Source of the DNA: Rhodospirillaceae bacterium
GTDB lineage: Bacteria > Pseudomonadota > Alphaproteobacteria > MPNO01 > UBA2964
Length of the DNA: 64,000 nucleotides
Reading direction: 5' to 3'
Assembly (NCBI GenBank): GCA_038146865.1
Contig: JAYQSL010000006.1
Span: 45,458-109,457 of the forward strand
The position numbers and the translations under genes were made by a program. The notes beneath the pieces are model-generated. The model was not told the origin of the DNA. It made no database searches and worked only from the letters and a program-made list of their open reading frames with translations. This document shows, piece after piece, positions 10,799-25,074 of the stretch. The stretch's first letter is position 1. Each line of letters opens with the position of its first letter.

Positions 10799-12475
10799 AT
10801 GTTGGTCTCTCTTGAAATCTCAGACCTAATTCTGATTGACACTCTATCTCTCACCTTTGATCAAGGCCTTTGCGCTTTTACGGGAGAAACTGGTACAGGA
10901 AAATCCATTTTGCTCAATTCTCTGGCCTTAGCACTCGGCACAAGGGGCTCTGCTAACCTCGTAAGACCAGGTTCGAAGACCAAAAGCGCCACCGTCACGG
11001 CGACCTTTGACCTGGATACAAAATTCAAAACCAAAGAACTTTTCCTCCAAAGTGGGCTGGCACTTCCAGAGACTGGTGAATATTTGGTTCTTAGACGTAC
11101 TATTGACACTGATGGGCGGAGCCGTGCTTACGTCAATGATACTGCGGTAACCATCGGTTTTCTCAAGGAATTGGGAGAACATCTCATTCAAATAGAGGGT
11201 CAGTTCGCAGCCCAGGGACTTCTGAACACAGCTAACCATAAAGCAACTCTTGATTGCTTTGCTAATTCCGAAATTCTTTGCTCGAGGGTCTCCGAGGCAT
11301 ACCAACAATGGACAGAAATAGAAGATAAATACCAATTAGCGAAAGCCGCTAGGTCGGAAGCCAAGGCTGAAGAAGATTTCACAAGATTTGCATTGGAAGA
11401 GCTTAAAAAGTTAAATCCTGAGCCTGGAGAAGAGGAGCAACTCGCTGAGACCCGTAATACCCTGATCAACAATGAAAAAATTATCCAAGCATTGAGTTCG
11501 GCAAATTCTGTTTTAAGCGGAGATCCTGCGCCTGACCAACAAATTAATTTGGCCATACGCGCTCTCAGCCGCCAAACGAATACCCTCGGAGATCGGTTTA
11601 ATGGAATTCTTGAAAAGCTGAATGTGGCCTCAGAGCAACTTCAAGAAGCGGAATTCGAAATCAATAATTTTTTAACGACCTCTGAGGTTTCTTCCTCACA
11701 TCTTGAAGCATGTGAAGAGCGTCTTTTTAGGCTCCGCGCTATGGCCCGCAAGCATTCGGTGACTGTAGATCAATTACCGGATGTTCTTCATCAGCTCGAA
11801 AACAAATTAGACTTGATTGCGGACGATACTGGACATCTTCAAAATCTCAAAAATCAGGTTATTTCCTCGAAAAAAAAGTTTCAGAACTTGGCAAAAGAAC
11901 TGCACAATGTTCGAGAAAAATTTGCAAAAAAATTAGATAAAGCCGTAAATTCTGAGTTCGAGCCTCTTAAGTTGGAAAAAACAAAGCTAGTAACTGTCAT
12001 AGAAGAACTTGGGGAGGATCATTGGGGACCCAGTGGTCTAGATTCTGTTCGTTTCGAGGTCTCTACTAACCCTGGTACAGAGCCGGGCCCGCTTGGAAAA
12101 ATAGCCTCGGGAGGAGAACTCGCACGTATTTTGCTTGCAATCAAAGTTGCGCTCCAGAATTCTGATAGCATTCCAACAATTGTATTTGACGAAGTCGACT
12201 CTGGGATTGGAGGGGCCACCGCTGCAGCGGTTGGAAAACGACTGGCAAAGCTTTCCAAAGACACACAGATAATAGTTGTTACTCATTCGCCTCAGGTTGC
12301 TTCATACGCTAAATGCCACATAAAAATCGAGAAATCAGGGACCAATAACAATATGACCACCAAAGCAACACCTTTAACGGAAGAAGGCCGCCGGAAGGAG
12401 ATAGCCAGAATGTTGTCTGGTTCAAAATTAACCAAAGAGGCTTTGGCAGCAGCCGATAGCCTTTTGAACCCGTGA
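10799..12475 (+). CDS. recN: DNA repair protein RecN
   Basis: Walker A TGETGTGKS, coiled coil, ASGGELAR signature, FDEVDSG and VTHSPQVA. Confidence 0.96.
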   Translation: MLVSLEISDLILIDTLSLTFDQGLCAFTGETGTGKSILLNSLALALGTRGSANLVRPGSKTKSATVTATFDLDTKFKTKELFLQSGLALPETGEYLVLRRTIDTDGRSRAYVNDTAVTIGFLKELGEHLIQIEGQFAAQGLLNTANHKATLDCFANSEILCSRVSEAYQQWTEIEDKYQLAKAARSEAKAEEDFTRFALEELKKLNPEPGEEEQLAETRNTLINNEKIIQALSSANSVLSGDPAPDQQINLAIRALSRQTNTLGDRFNGILEKLNVASEQLQEAEFEINNFLTTSEVSSSHLEACEERLFRLRAMARKHSVTVDQLPDVLHQLENKLDLIADDTGHLQNLKNQVISSKKKFQNLAKELHNVREKFAKKLDKAVNSEFEPLKLEKTKLVTVIEELGEDHWGPSGLDSVRFEVSTNPGTEPGPLGKIASGGELARILLAIKVALQNSDSIPTIVFDEVDSGIGGATAAAVGKRLAKLSKDTQIIVVTHSPQVASYAKCHIKIEKSGTNNNMTTKATPLTEEGRRKEIARMLSGSKLTKEALAAADSLLNP

Positions 12476-16384
<3,909 letters not shown>

Positions 16385-16425
16385 CTATCCACGCCCTTCA
16401 ATACCTTAAACTCTTTTTTTAAAAG

Positions 16426-16554
16426 TTAGATTTTCTCAGTGTCCACGCCGTAGAGAGTTTGTCCATCGCGGCCAAAAGCACCAACCCCCGCGCCTTGTAT
16501 GATTTTCTCGGTAATGGCCATCAGGCCAGTTAATAGCATCCTGATAAATTTCAT
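16426..16554 (-). CDS. Putative 42-aa small protein (MKFIRMLLTGLMAITEKIIQGAGVGAFGRDGQTLYGVDTEKI)
   Basis: Hand-translated; the ATG lies 3 nt after the prmA stop and the ORF fills most of the prmA-pepP gap; no homology evidence. Confidence 0.4.
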   Translation of the reverse strand: MKFIRMLLTGLMAITEKIIQGAGVGAFGRDGQTLYGVDTEKI

Positions 16555-16557
16555 GAT

Positions 16558-17418
16558 CTATCTCCGACAAAAGTCAATCGTCGTCCAACCATCTTTATCT
16601 AGAATATTTTGAGTTCGAAACCCAACCTGATGCCATGCTGTTGATACCTCATGGGTTTGTGAGGATAAAATTCCGGACAGTAAAGCTCTACCCTCGTGCG
16701 GCAATCCCGCAGCAGCAGCGGGCGCTAGCGAGATCAACGGACCAGATAAAATATTAGCTATGCAAAGATCAAAGACCTCATCCTCTGGCCATCCATTTAA
16801 GACACGCAATTCTACCTTATCTCTCACTCTATTCTGTTCCATATTCTGATAGGCTGTCTCAACGGCGACCGGGTCAATATCGGTAGCAATCACATGAGCC
16901 ATAGGCCACAGACGACGAACCGCGATAGCTAAAATCCCTGTCCCACAGCCTAAATCAATCACTCTGTCAGGAATGAATTTTTCCGAAGCCAACTTTTCTA
17001 GTGCAAGCAAACAACCCATGGTCGTCGGGTGGTCGCCTGTGCCAAATGCAAGACCTGCATCCATCTGAATTGTCATGAGATTGCTTGGAATTTGACCGTC
17101 AAAGTGAGAGGGATAGACGAAAAATTTCCCGGCTTTGAGTGGTTTAGTGTTTCGACGATACGTCTCCACCCAATTTGTGTCCGTATCAACTTCAACAGCC
17201 AATTCATAATTGCCAAGATCTGAGATTGACTCGAGCACTGCACGAATTTCTTCTTGGTCTGGTTCTGCATCAAATTGAAGCAGTAACTCCCAAAGAGGAC
17301 CGCCTTGATACTCTCTTATTATCACTGCGGATGCACTATCAGAAAGACCTCCCTCGGCAAGGCTAGCCTCTTCTGGACCTGCGAGAATGACTGACGCAAA
17401 CCAGGTCTTCGTATTCAA
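16558..17418 (-). CDS. prmA: Ribosomal protein L11 methyltransferase
   Basis: AGLAFGTGDHPTT, IDLGCGTGILAI, ANIL and LSGIL motifs. Confidence 0.93.
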   Translation of the reverse strand: MNTKTWFASVILAGPEEASLAEGGLSDSASAVIIREYQGGPLWELLLQFDAEPDQEEIRAVLESISDLGNYELAVEVDTDTNWVETYRRNTKPLKAGKFFVYPSHFDGQIPSNLMTIQMDAGLAFGTGDHPTTMGCLLALEKLASEKFIPDRVIDLGCGTGILAIAVRRLWPMAHVIATDIDPVAVETAYQNMEQNRVRDKVELRVLNGWPEDEVFDLCIANILSGPLISLAPAAAAGLPHEGRALLSGILSSQTHEVSTAWHQVGFRTQNILDKDGWTTIDFCRR

Positions 17419-19700
17419 GCTAGTTCCACGAAGCTATCCATCACCTTTTTGGTTCCCGCCTTTTCAAATTCAATTTCAAGCTTACTGCTCTCTGAGGCTA
17501 TCACTTTACCGTAACCAAACTTTTGATGAAAAACTCGTACCCCTATTCGTATTTTCTTATCAGATGCACCGCTATCTATTGTTCGAGCGTTACCTTCAAT
17601 GATTGTTTGATGGCGCCTATTGCGTTGCCACCGATCAAAGCCAGGCCCTCTCTCTTTACCGTCCCAGTCAACACCCCCTGCAAAAGACTCTGCATAGCCC
17701 CCTTGAGAAGGTATGCCTCCATAAACTCCGGTTTCTGCAGAGATATCCGTTTGATCCGCTGGTAACTCCTCGATAAAACGAGACGGGATACAACTTTGCC
17801 ACTGATTATAAATGCGTCGATTTGAAGCAAAAGATACATAAGCCCTTTGACGAGCTCGGGTGAGGCCAACATAGGCGAGCCGTCTCTCTTCTTCTAATGC
17901 AGGTGCTCCCCCTTCATCAATCGAGCGTTGATTTGGAAATGTTCCCTCCTCCCAACCTGGCAGGAATACGTGATTAAATTCTAGGCCCTTAGCTGCGTGA
18001 AGGGTCATCAAACTCACCATGTCCCCTTCATCATTCTCCCCAGCTTCCATTACCAAGCTCACATGCTCCAAGAACCCTGTTAAAGTATCAAATTCTTCAA
18101 GGGCCGAGATTAATTCTTTTAGGTTCTCCAATCGTCCCGGTGCCTCTGGAGATTTGTCATTTTGCCACATTTCTGTGTAGCCAGATTCATCCAGAATAAT
18201 TTCTGCCAACTCAATATGATTAAGCTGGTCGATAAGAGACCGCCATCGGTCAAGATTTGAAAGCAAGCTAGCCAAAGCGCGACGTGTTTGAGGTCGAAGC
18301 TCATCCGTTTCAGTAAGCCTTCGCACAGCTTCCACTGCAGGTATATCGGTGCTTCGGGAAAGTTGATGGATGGTTTGTAAAGTCGCCGCTCCAATCCCAC
18401 GTCGGGGCGTGTTGACAATCCGTTCAAACGCGAGGTCATCAGTTGGGCTGGAAACGAGCCGAAAATAGGCGATCGCATCCCTAATTTCCATTCTCTCGTA
18501 AAAACGCGGACCACCAATCACACGGTAGGGAATTCCTGTGGTAATAAAACGTTCCTCAAATTCACGCATCTGAAAAGAAGCCCTGACCAGTACAGCTACC
18601 TGATCAAGTGAGACCTTGCCCCTTTGGACTGCCTCTATTTCATCGCATATTTCCCTTGCCTCTGTCTCTCCATCCCATACACCTCGAACAGATACCTTTT
18701 CCCCTTTCTCCGCCTCAGTCCATAATGTTTTCCCGAGCCTACCCGAGTTATGAGCAATTAGGGCTGATGCTGCTGCGAGAATCTCTGGGGTCGATCGATA
18801 ATTTTGTTCAAGCCTTATTATCTGTGCGCCATCAAAATCTTTCTCAAATTTTAAAATATTCCCAATTTCAGCACCCCTCCAGCTGTAGATCGACTGGTCG
18901 TCATCTCCGACGCAACAAATATTTCTGTGTTCCATCGCTAAAAGCCGAAGCCATAAATATTGGGCAACATTCGTATCCTGATACTCATCCACCAACATAT
19001 ATTTAAAACGCCGCTGATAATCCGCTAAAATGGCATTGTGTTCGGTAAACAGTTTTAAATTATGCAAAAGAAGGTCGCCAAAATCGCAAGCGTTTAGTGT
19101 AATTAATCTTGATTGATAATCTCTGTATAGATCCAAGACCTTCCCGTTGGCAAAATCCCCCGCTTCAGCAACAGAGACATTCGCAGGGGCCAGCCCGCGG
19201 TCTTTCCAGCGCTGGATTATGCCCAGCAGGCTCCTCGGAGGCCAACGCGAGGTATCGATGTTTTCCGCCTGCATAATTTGTTTAAGGAGTCTGATTTGGT
19301 CATCTGAGTCAAGAATGGTGAAATTAGGCTTAAGACCTACCGCCTCCGCATGTCGACGAAGGATGCGGGCTGCAACGGAGTGAAAGGTACCAATCCACAG
19401 ATTTTCTGCCACCTCACCGACAAGACCATTTACCCGCTCACGCATTTCTCTTGCAGCTTTATTTGTAAAAGTGACCGCCAGTATTTGGCCAGGAAATGCC
19501 CGTCTGGTGACCAAAATGTGTGCCAAGCGAGTGGTAAGCACCCGTGTCTTCCCTGTCCCCGCTCCCGCCAGCACAAGCACGGGACCGTCTAACGCTCTAA
19601 CTGCCCTTAATTGACCCTCGTTGAGCACTGATAAATACCGAGGCTCTGGGGACAAAAATCCGCGGTTTTCTTTTTCTTGAGTGAGGTCTTGCGATACCAT
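17415..19700 (-). CDS. uvrD: UvrD/PcrA SF1 DNA helicase
   Basis: AGAGTGKT, TFTNKAA, DEYQDTN, EQNYRS, TLHAAKGLEF, EERRLAYV and C-terminal Tudor-like RVFHQKFGYG. Confidence 0.96.
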   Translation of the reverse strand: MVSQDLTQEKENRGFLSPEPRYLSVLNEGQLRAVRALDGPVLVLAGAGTGKTRVLTTRLAHILVTRRAFPGQILAVTFTNKAAREMRERVNGLVGEVAENLWIGTFHSVAARILRRHAEAVGLKPNFTILDSDDQIRLLKQIMQAENIDTSRWPPRSLLGIIQRWKDRGLAPANVSVAEAGDFANGKVLDLYRDYQSRLITLNACDFGDLLLHNLKLFTEHNAILADYQRRFKYMLVDEYQDTNVAQYLWLRLLAMEHRNICCVGDDDQSIYSWRGAEIGNILKFEKDFDGAQIIRLEQNYRSTPEILAAASALIAHNSGRLGKTLWTEAEKGEKVSVRGVWDGETEAREICDEIEAVQRGKVSLDQVAVLVRASFQMREFEERFITTGIPYRVIGGPRFYERMEIRDAIAYFRLVSSPTDDLAFERIVNTPRRGIGAATLQTIHQLSRSTDIPAVEAVRRLTETDELRPQTRRALASLLSNLDRWRSLIDQLNHIELAEIILDESGYTEMWQNDKSPEAPGRLENLKELISALEEFDTLTGFLEHVSLVMEAGENDEGDMVSLMTLHAAKGLEFNHVFLPGWEEGTFPNQRSIDEGGAPALEEERRLAYVGLTRARQRAYVSFASNRRIYNQWQSCIPSRFIEELPADQTDISAETGVYGGIPSQGGYAESFAGGVDWDGKERGPGFDRWQRNRRHQTIIEGNARTIDSGASDKKIRIGVRVFHQKFGYGKVIASESSKLEIEFEKAGTKKVMDSFVELA

Positions 19701-19874
19701 TTTATAAAGATCTAATGGGTGTATTTAAAAATTTTAGTTTTAATGACATTAAACGAATCGGATATCTTCTAATTATCACCAGATCCTATGCCCGAGCCAA
19801 TCAAGATAGGTTTTATTGTATTTATAACCTCGGAGAATGGCTTTAAAAAAGGCGAGTGGGCAACAATTACACCG

Positions 19875-21272
19875 TTACATTAAGGCCTTACGAGCCCTTG
19901 CCATTACATCAAGTACCTTAAATGGATCCTCTATCCGGGGGAATGTAGGAACCCCGGCTGGCTCGAGAAAAGCGGAAGCCTCCCTGTTACTATTTTCATC
20001 ACCACTAAAAGAGACATATATGGGCTTTTCTGGAAACTCCGCGGCCAACTCAGGTAAAAATTCTAGATTCATTTTACCGAGTTCATCGGCAAGGATCAGG
20101 ATCGTCACGACGGCGTCAACCCTCGGGTCCGACAGCAGGGCTTTCATTGACTCCCGCCAAGCAAACTCCATCCCATTTACGGTAGCCGCAGGGAAAACAT
20201 CCGCAGGATTCGTAATATTAATGAAGGGTGGCGAAATTTCCTCAAGCCTCGTCTGAGTCTTCTTCATAGGCTTTGGAAACTCTAATACCGTCCTTTGTTT
20301 GCAGATATCAGATATGTGAACGATGAAGGCTCCAGACGGTGACACAAATCCCACCCTTGGTCCCTTGGGAACCGGCATCATTGCTGCCCCTTTTGCGATC
20401 GTAAACAACTGAGAAAACTCGTCTATTCTGACGATGCCCGCCTGGCTAAGGGCTCCATCAAGCACGTTATCATCTGAACTCAACGAAGCGGTATGAGATT
20501 GGGCAGCTCTGGCACCCTCGTCTGTCGTGCCGCCCTTTAGCATAATAATCGGCTTATTTTTCGTGACTTTTCTGGCTACATCCAAGAACTCTTTTGGCCT
20601 ATGCAGACTCTCTAAATAAATAAAAATAGTTTTGGTTTTCGGATCAGTTGCCAAAAATTTTAAAATATCAACTTCATCAATATCAACTGCATTTCCAAGC
20701 CCAACGCATCTAGCAACACCATAATGCTCGCCCGAAATGATTGACCGCATCATCGCCCCTGTAAAATTACCAGTCTGAGCGACAAAAGAGATGGGTCCTT
20801 TCGGTATTTTCCCAAGCGGAAAGAAACTAGAGGTATAATCCCCAGGTGTGGAAATATGGCCTGCCGTATTTGGCCCCAAAACCCGTATGCCAGTATTTTC
20901 TATTACTGTAGAGAGTTCGCGCTGCAAATCTTGACCTCCCTCATCGACCTCAGCAAATCCGCCGGCGGCTAACACGGCGGATGTAAGACCTTTTTCGGCA
21001 CACGCCTCAAGCGCTTTTGGAGTTTGAGACGCCGGCAGCATAATTATCCCGGTATCGATGCCTTCGGGTAAGTCAGAGATACTAGGAATCACGGGACACC
21101 CACAGATCACACCGCCCTTCGGATTTACAGGCTTTATGGCTCCCTTAAACCCATTTGCTTGTAAATTCTCAATTACAGTTCGACCTGGCTTACCGGGCAC
21201 TGAAGATGCGCCTATCACGGCCACACCCTTGGGATTAAAAAAAGACTCCAGATTACGCAAAATTTTCCTCAC
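19875..21272 (-). CDS. CoA-binding acyl-CoA synthetase (NDP-forming) alpha-like subunit
   Basis: VAVIGAS..GKPG, GGFAE, GPNTAG, phospho-His motif AAQSHTASL and NPAD; no ATP-grasp domain. Confidence 0.85.
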   Translation of the reverse strand: MRKILRNLESFFNPKGVAVIGASSVPGKPGRTVIENLQANGFKGAIKPVNPKGGVICGCPVIPSISDLPEGIDTGIIMLPASQTPKALEACAEKGLTSAVLAAGGFAEVDEGGQDLQRELSTVIENTGIRVLGPNTAGHISTPGDYTSSFFPLGKIPKGPISFVAQTGNFTGAMMRSIISGEHYGVARCVGLGNAVDIDEVDILKFLATDPKTKTIFIYLESLHRPKEFLDVARKVTKNKPIIMLKGGTTDEGARAAQSHTASLSSDDNVLDGALSQAGIVRIDEFSQLFTIAKGAAMMPVPKGPRVGFVSPSGAFIVHISDICKQRTVLEFPKPMKKTQTRLEEISPPFINITNPADVFPAATVNGMEFAWRESMKALLSDPRVDAVVTILILADELGKMNLEFLPELAAEFPEKPIYVSFSGDENSNREASAFLEPAGVPTFPRIEDPFKVLDVMARARKALM

Positions 21273-21371
21273 AAATACTATGAGGCCTATTTATTACGGG
21301 GTGTTCCCCATTGCGCAAGTAGGGCAATCGATATGATAATCGCTTGGGTTTAACAATCATTAGCGAAGCTC

Positions 21372-22424
21372 ATGCCAAAACAAGTCTCAGTACCCACCAA
21401 TCCTGTCGGTGGCCCGGCTGCCTGGATGGGGTCGAAAATTCAGACTTCTGCGGATTGGATATTTCACCTTAATGAAACGGACATCGTGGAATTGGAGCAC
21501 GCCTTCGAAAATGCGAGGGCTCAGGGAAAAACCATATACGATATTACCAAAACAGATTTCCCTCTTCATGGCTTAGGCAAGAAACTCGCCTCTATTAGGT
21601 CAGAATTAGAACACGGCCCTGGGCTGAAACTGATTAGAGGTCTTCCCGTAGCAAAATGGGGAGAAGACAAATCCACTGCAATTTATTGGGGAATTGGCCA
21701 ATATCTGGGGGAACCAGTCGCTCAAAACATGATGGGTGAACTGCTTGGGCACGTGAAAGCGGCAGGCCTAGAGGACTGGAATGAAAACCACAAAGTTCGA
21801 GGCTACCAAACAACAGTTCACCTGCCTTTCCATTGTGATAAGTCTGATGTGGTCGGGCTATTGTGCCTTCAAGTCGCTAAATCAGGCGGCACAAGCAATA
21901 TTTCGAGTGCTGTGACCATCCATGATGAAATTTTACGAACCAGACCTGATTTGCTGGCGGCTTTATATGAACAATTTGCAATCGACCATAGAGGAGAGGA
22001 ATTCCCTGGCGAAGATCCCTTTTATATGGCACCCACCTTCGCCATGCACAAAGGTCGCTTTTTCTCACGCTTTGGGATGAAATATGTCGAAAGTGCCCAA
22101 AGATATGAGCAAGTCGATCCACTAAGTCCTTTGCAAATCGAGGGTATGACCTACTTCAACCAGCTAGCCTCGCGCGATGACATTAGGCTGGATATGGAAT
22201 TTGAGCCTGGTGATATTCAGTTCCTGAATAATCATCTAATGGTTCACAGTCGTACTGATTATGAGGATTGGCCGGAACCCGAACTGCGTCGCCATCTGAT
22301 TCGAATGTTGCTATTTACGCCTGACTATTCCGACCAGAATGTGCCCCCCGAATTTGCTGAACTTAACCGTTTCATTCGCCGTTGGGGTGCAGAGCCAAGG
22401 GTAAGCGTGCTCGAAAATTCCTAG
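21372..22424 (+). CDS. TauD/TfdA-family Fe(II)/2-oxoglutarate dioxygenase
   Basis: FHCD (HxD), VGLLCL..AKSGG, PGDIQFLNNH..HSR and RRHLIR motifs. Confidence 0.88.
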   Translation: MPKQVSVPTNPVGGPAAWMGSKIQTSADWIFHLNETDIVELEHAFENARAQGKTIYDITKTDFPLHGLGKKLASIRSELEHGPGLKLIRGLPVAKWGEDKSTAIYWGIGQYLGEPVAQNMMGELLGHVKAAGLEDWNENHKVRGYQTTVHLPFHCDKSDVVGLLCLQVAKSGGTSNISSAVTIHDEILRTRPDLLAALYEQFAIDHRGEEFPGEDPFYMAPTFAMHKGRFFSRFGMKYVESAQRYEQVDPLSPLQIEGMTYFNQLASRDDIRLDMEFEPGDIQFLNNHLMVHSRTDYEDWPEPELRRHLIRMLLFTPDYSDQNVPPEFAELNRFIRRWGAEPRVSVLENS

Positions 22425-22618
22425 GGTAAAACCTGATCGCAAGGAAGAGGTTTAGGCCTTACCGAACCCTCACTAAAGAGTTAGATTAGGCAAGCTAAAT
22501 AGGGAGAAAAAATTGTCCACCTTCTCTCTAGTGGTTGGAAAAGATACCAGGATTTACTTGGCACCAAATTAACTTAAGCAATATAAATTAGTTAACATTA
22601 TTGAATACTTGAAAATTG

Positions 22619-23359
22619 ATGCCTTCTTCAAACATAGGTGAAACATATGTAAAGGGCGCCAGGCTGGCTTACGACCAGGCTGTCATCTTCAATAACATTG
22701 ATATGAAGCTGGTCACTGGTGGTTGGACCTGCTTGTTGGGACAAAGTGGGGTCGGAAAATCGTCTTTGCTTCGTTTGATTGCAGGCCTTGAGAATGAAGC
22801 AACCGCCTCTGAGCTAGTGTTCGCAGGCGAGAGCAAGCCTGATGGGAAAATAACTTATATGGCCCAACAGGATTTGTTAATGCCTTGGCTTACCCTTGCG
22901 GAAAACGTGTCGATTGGGTCCCGCCTCCGAGGAAATTTCAGCCCTGAGAACTTGTCCCTTGCGCATGATCTTTTAGAAAGAGTTGGCTTAGGCAAAGAGA
23001 CCCAATTTTACCCAAGTGCGTGCTCTGGGGGAATGCGCCAGCGAGCAGCTCTCGCGAGGACTCTGTTCGAGGATCGGCAAATTGTTTTGATGGACGAACC
23101 ATTTTCTTCAGTAGATGCCATTACTAGAATAGGTTTGCAGGATTTAGCCGCTGAAATATTGAGTGGGAAGACGGTTTTGCTTGTAACACATGATCCGCAG
23201 GAAGCACTCCGTATGGGGGATCAAATCCTGGTTATGAGAGGTAACCCCGCAAAAATAGAAATTCTGACAAATATGCCAACTGGCAAGAGGCCAAGAGAAT
23301 TAGACGGCGCCGGCATGGCTCTCGGACGAGCAGAAATTCTTGAGAAAATCCGTGGGTAA
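22619..23359 (+). CDS. thiZ: ABC ATPase, ThiZ/SsuB-like (hydroxymethylpyrimidine-type importer)
   Basis: GQSGVGKS, QQDLLMPW, CSGGMRQR, LMDEPF and VTHD motifs. Confidence 0.82.
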   Translation: MPSSNIGETYVKGARLAYDQAVIFNNIDMKLVTGGWTCLLGQSGVGKSSLLRLIAGLENEATASELVFAGESKPDGKITYMAQQDLLMPWLTLAENVSIGSRLRGNFSPENLSLAHDLLERVGLGKETQFYPSACSGGMRQRAALARTLFEDRQIVLMDEPFSSVDAITRIGLQDLAAEILSGKTVLLVTHDPQEALRMGDQILVMRGNPAKIEILTNMPTGKRPRELDGAGMALGRAEILEKIRG

Positions 23360-23360
23360 A

Positions 23361-24093
23361 ATGAAAAACCTCATCCGAGTGATCTTAGTCCTCGCAGGGA
23401 TTATTTTTCTCTGGCAGACAATCATTTGGGTCACCGGAGTTCCAGATTATATTTTACCAGGCCCTACTGACGTTCTAGCGGCCTTTGAAACTCACTACGA
23501 CACTTTGGCAAAAAACTCGATGATTACCTTTGCCGAAATCATTGCTGGTCTTGATCATTGGTACAATGCTTGGCGCAATAAGCGCTCTCATTATGATTCT
23601 ATGGAAGCCCACTGAAACTTGGCTGATGCCTGTTCTGGTTATAAGCCAGGCTATACCAGTTTTTGCATTGGCTCCCATTTTAGTGTTGTGGCTGGGTTAT
23701 GGAGCGGCTTCAAAAGTCGCCATGGCTGTGCTGATCATATTCTTTCCCGTTACAGCGGCATTTCACGATGGTCTAAAACGCACAGAAAAGGGATGGCTTG
23801 ACTTAGCCAAGGTCATGGGAGCATCCAGCAGACAAACCCTCATCATGATTAGGTTGCCTGCCGCTTTGCCCGCTTTTGGATCGGGTCTAAGGGTCGCGGC
23901 GGCAGTTGCTCCTATAGGCGCAATCGTGGGAGAGTGGGTTGGCTCTAGTGCTGGGCTTGGCTACCTGATGCTCCATGCTAATGCGCGGCTTCAAATCGAA
24001 GTAATGTTCGCAGCACTGTTTGTTTTAGCTCTATTTTCGTGCATATTGTATTTCTCAATCGATGCTGTTCTTCGTCATTACATTAGATGGTGA
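23361..24093 (+). pseudogene. thiX: ABC permease, ThiX-like, with one extra base near 23550 (pseudogene or sequencing indel)
   Basis: The N-part (DYILPGP...AEIIAGL) and C-part (IIGTMLG...SQAIPVFALAP...GEWVGSSAGLG) are in different frames; removing one base in GGTCTTGATC joins them. Confidence 0.8.
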
Positions 24094-24116
24094 CAAGACG
24101 GACCAAGGAGAAAATA

Positions 24117-25057
24117 ATGAAAAAAACTCTTGGATGGCTGCCCTTATAGCTACGCTAATATTGCCCTGCTCAGCAATTGCCTCAGAGCGTTTAACAGTTC
24201 TTTTGGACTGGTTTATCAATCCAGATCATGGACCGCTATACGTTGCTCAGGAAAGAGGCTACTTCAAAGCAGCGGGTTTATCAGTAGAGTTTAAAGCCCC
24301 AGCAGATCCCAACGCACCTCCAAAATTGGTGGCAGCAGGGAAAGCAGACTTGGCGATCTCATACCAGCCTCAACTCCATATTCAAGCCGACCGAGGTCTG
24401 CCTTTAGTAAGAATAGCGACGTTAGTTGCGACCCCCCTTAACTCACTAGTGGTCTTAAAAGAGGGACCTATAAAGTCAATCAGAGATTTGAAAGGTAAAA
24501 AAGTTGGTTTTTCGGTAGGCGGCTTTGAAGACGCGCTGCTATCAGCGATGCTCTCTCGCCAAGGTATGACCCTAAAAGATATCGAGTTGATTAATGTCAA
24601 TTTTGCCCTTTCTCCCGCTCTCATTTCGGGAAAGGTCGATGCAGTGATCGGGGCCTTTAGGAATTTCGAGCTCAACCAACTCGATCTCAAGGGGCGTGCG
24701 GGGCGAGCATTCTATGTTGAAGAAGAAGGTGTTCCTGCCTATGACGAGTTAATCGTTGTCGCCAATCAAAAAGACTTGAGACGGCCCGCACTTAAAAAGT
24801 TTGTTGCGGCGCTGGAGGCCGGTGTCCAGTACCTGGTCAATCATCCCAAAGAAAGTTGGAATTTATTCATTAAGGGGCGAAAAAAACTTGATGATGAACT
24901 CAATCGTCGTGCCTGGCGCGATACCCTACCGCGCTTTGCATTACGCCCTGGTGCGCTGAGTACTGAGCGATACGAGGCATTTGCCAAGTTTCTGAAAAAG
25001 CAGGGGATTGTGAAGAAAACTCCAGCCGTTGAAAAATATGCGATTGAGTTAAGGTAA
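24117..25057 (+). CDS. thiY: ABC substrate-binding protein, NMT1/THI5 (ThiY-like)
   Basis: LLDWFINPDH, ISYQP, GAFRNFE and VPAYDEL motifs. The ATG 24117 after AAGGAG is out of frame unless A7 is read as A8; an in-frame ATG lies at 24134. Confidence 0.85.
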
Positions 25058-25074
25058 CGCAGATAACCAACAAA

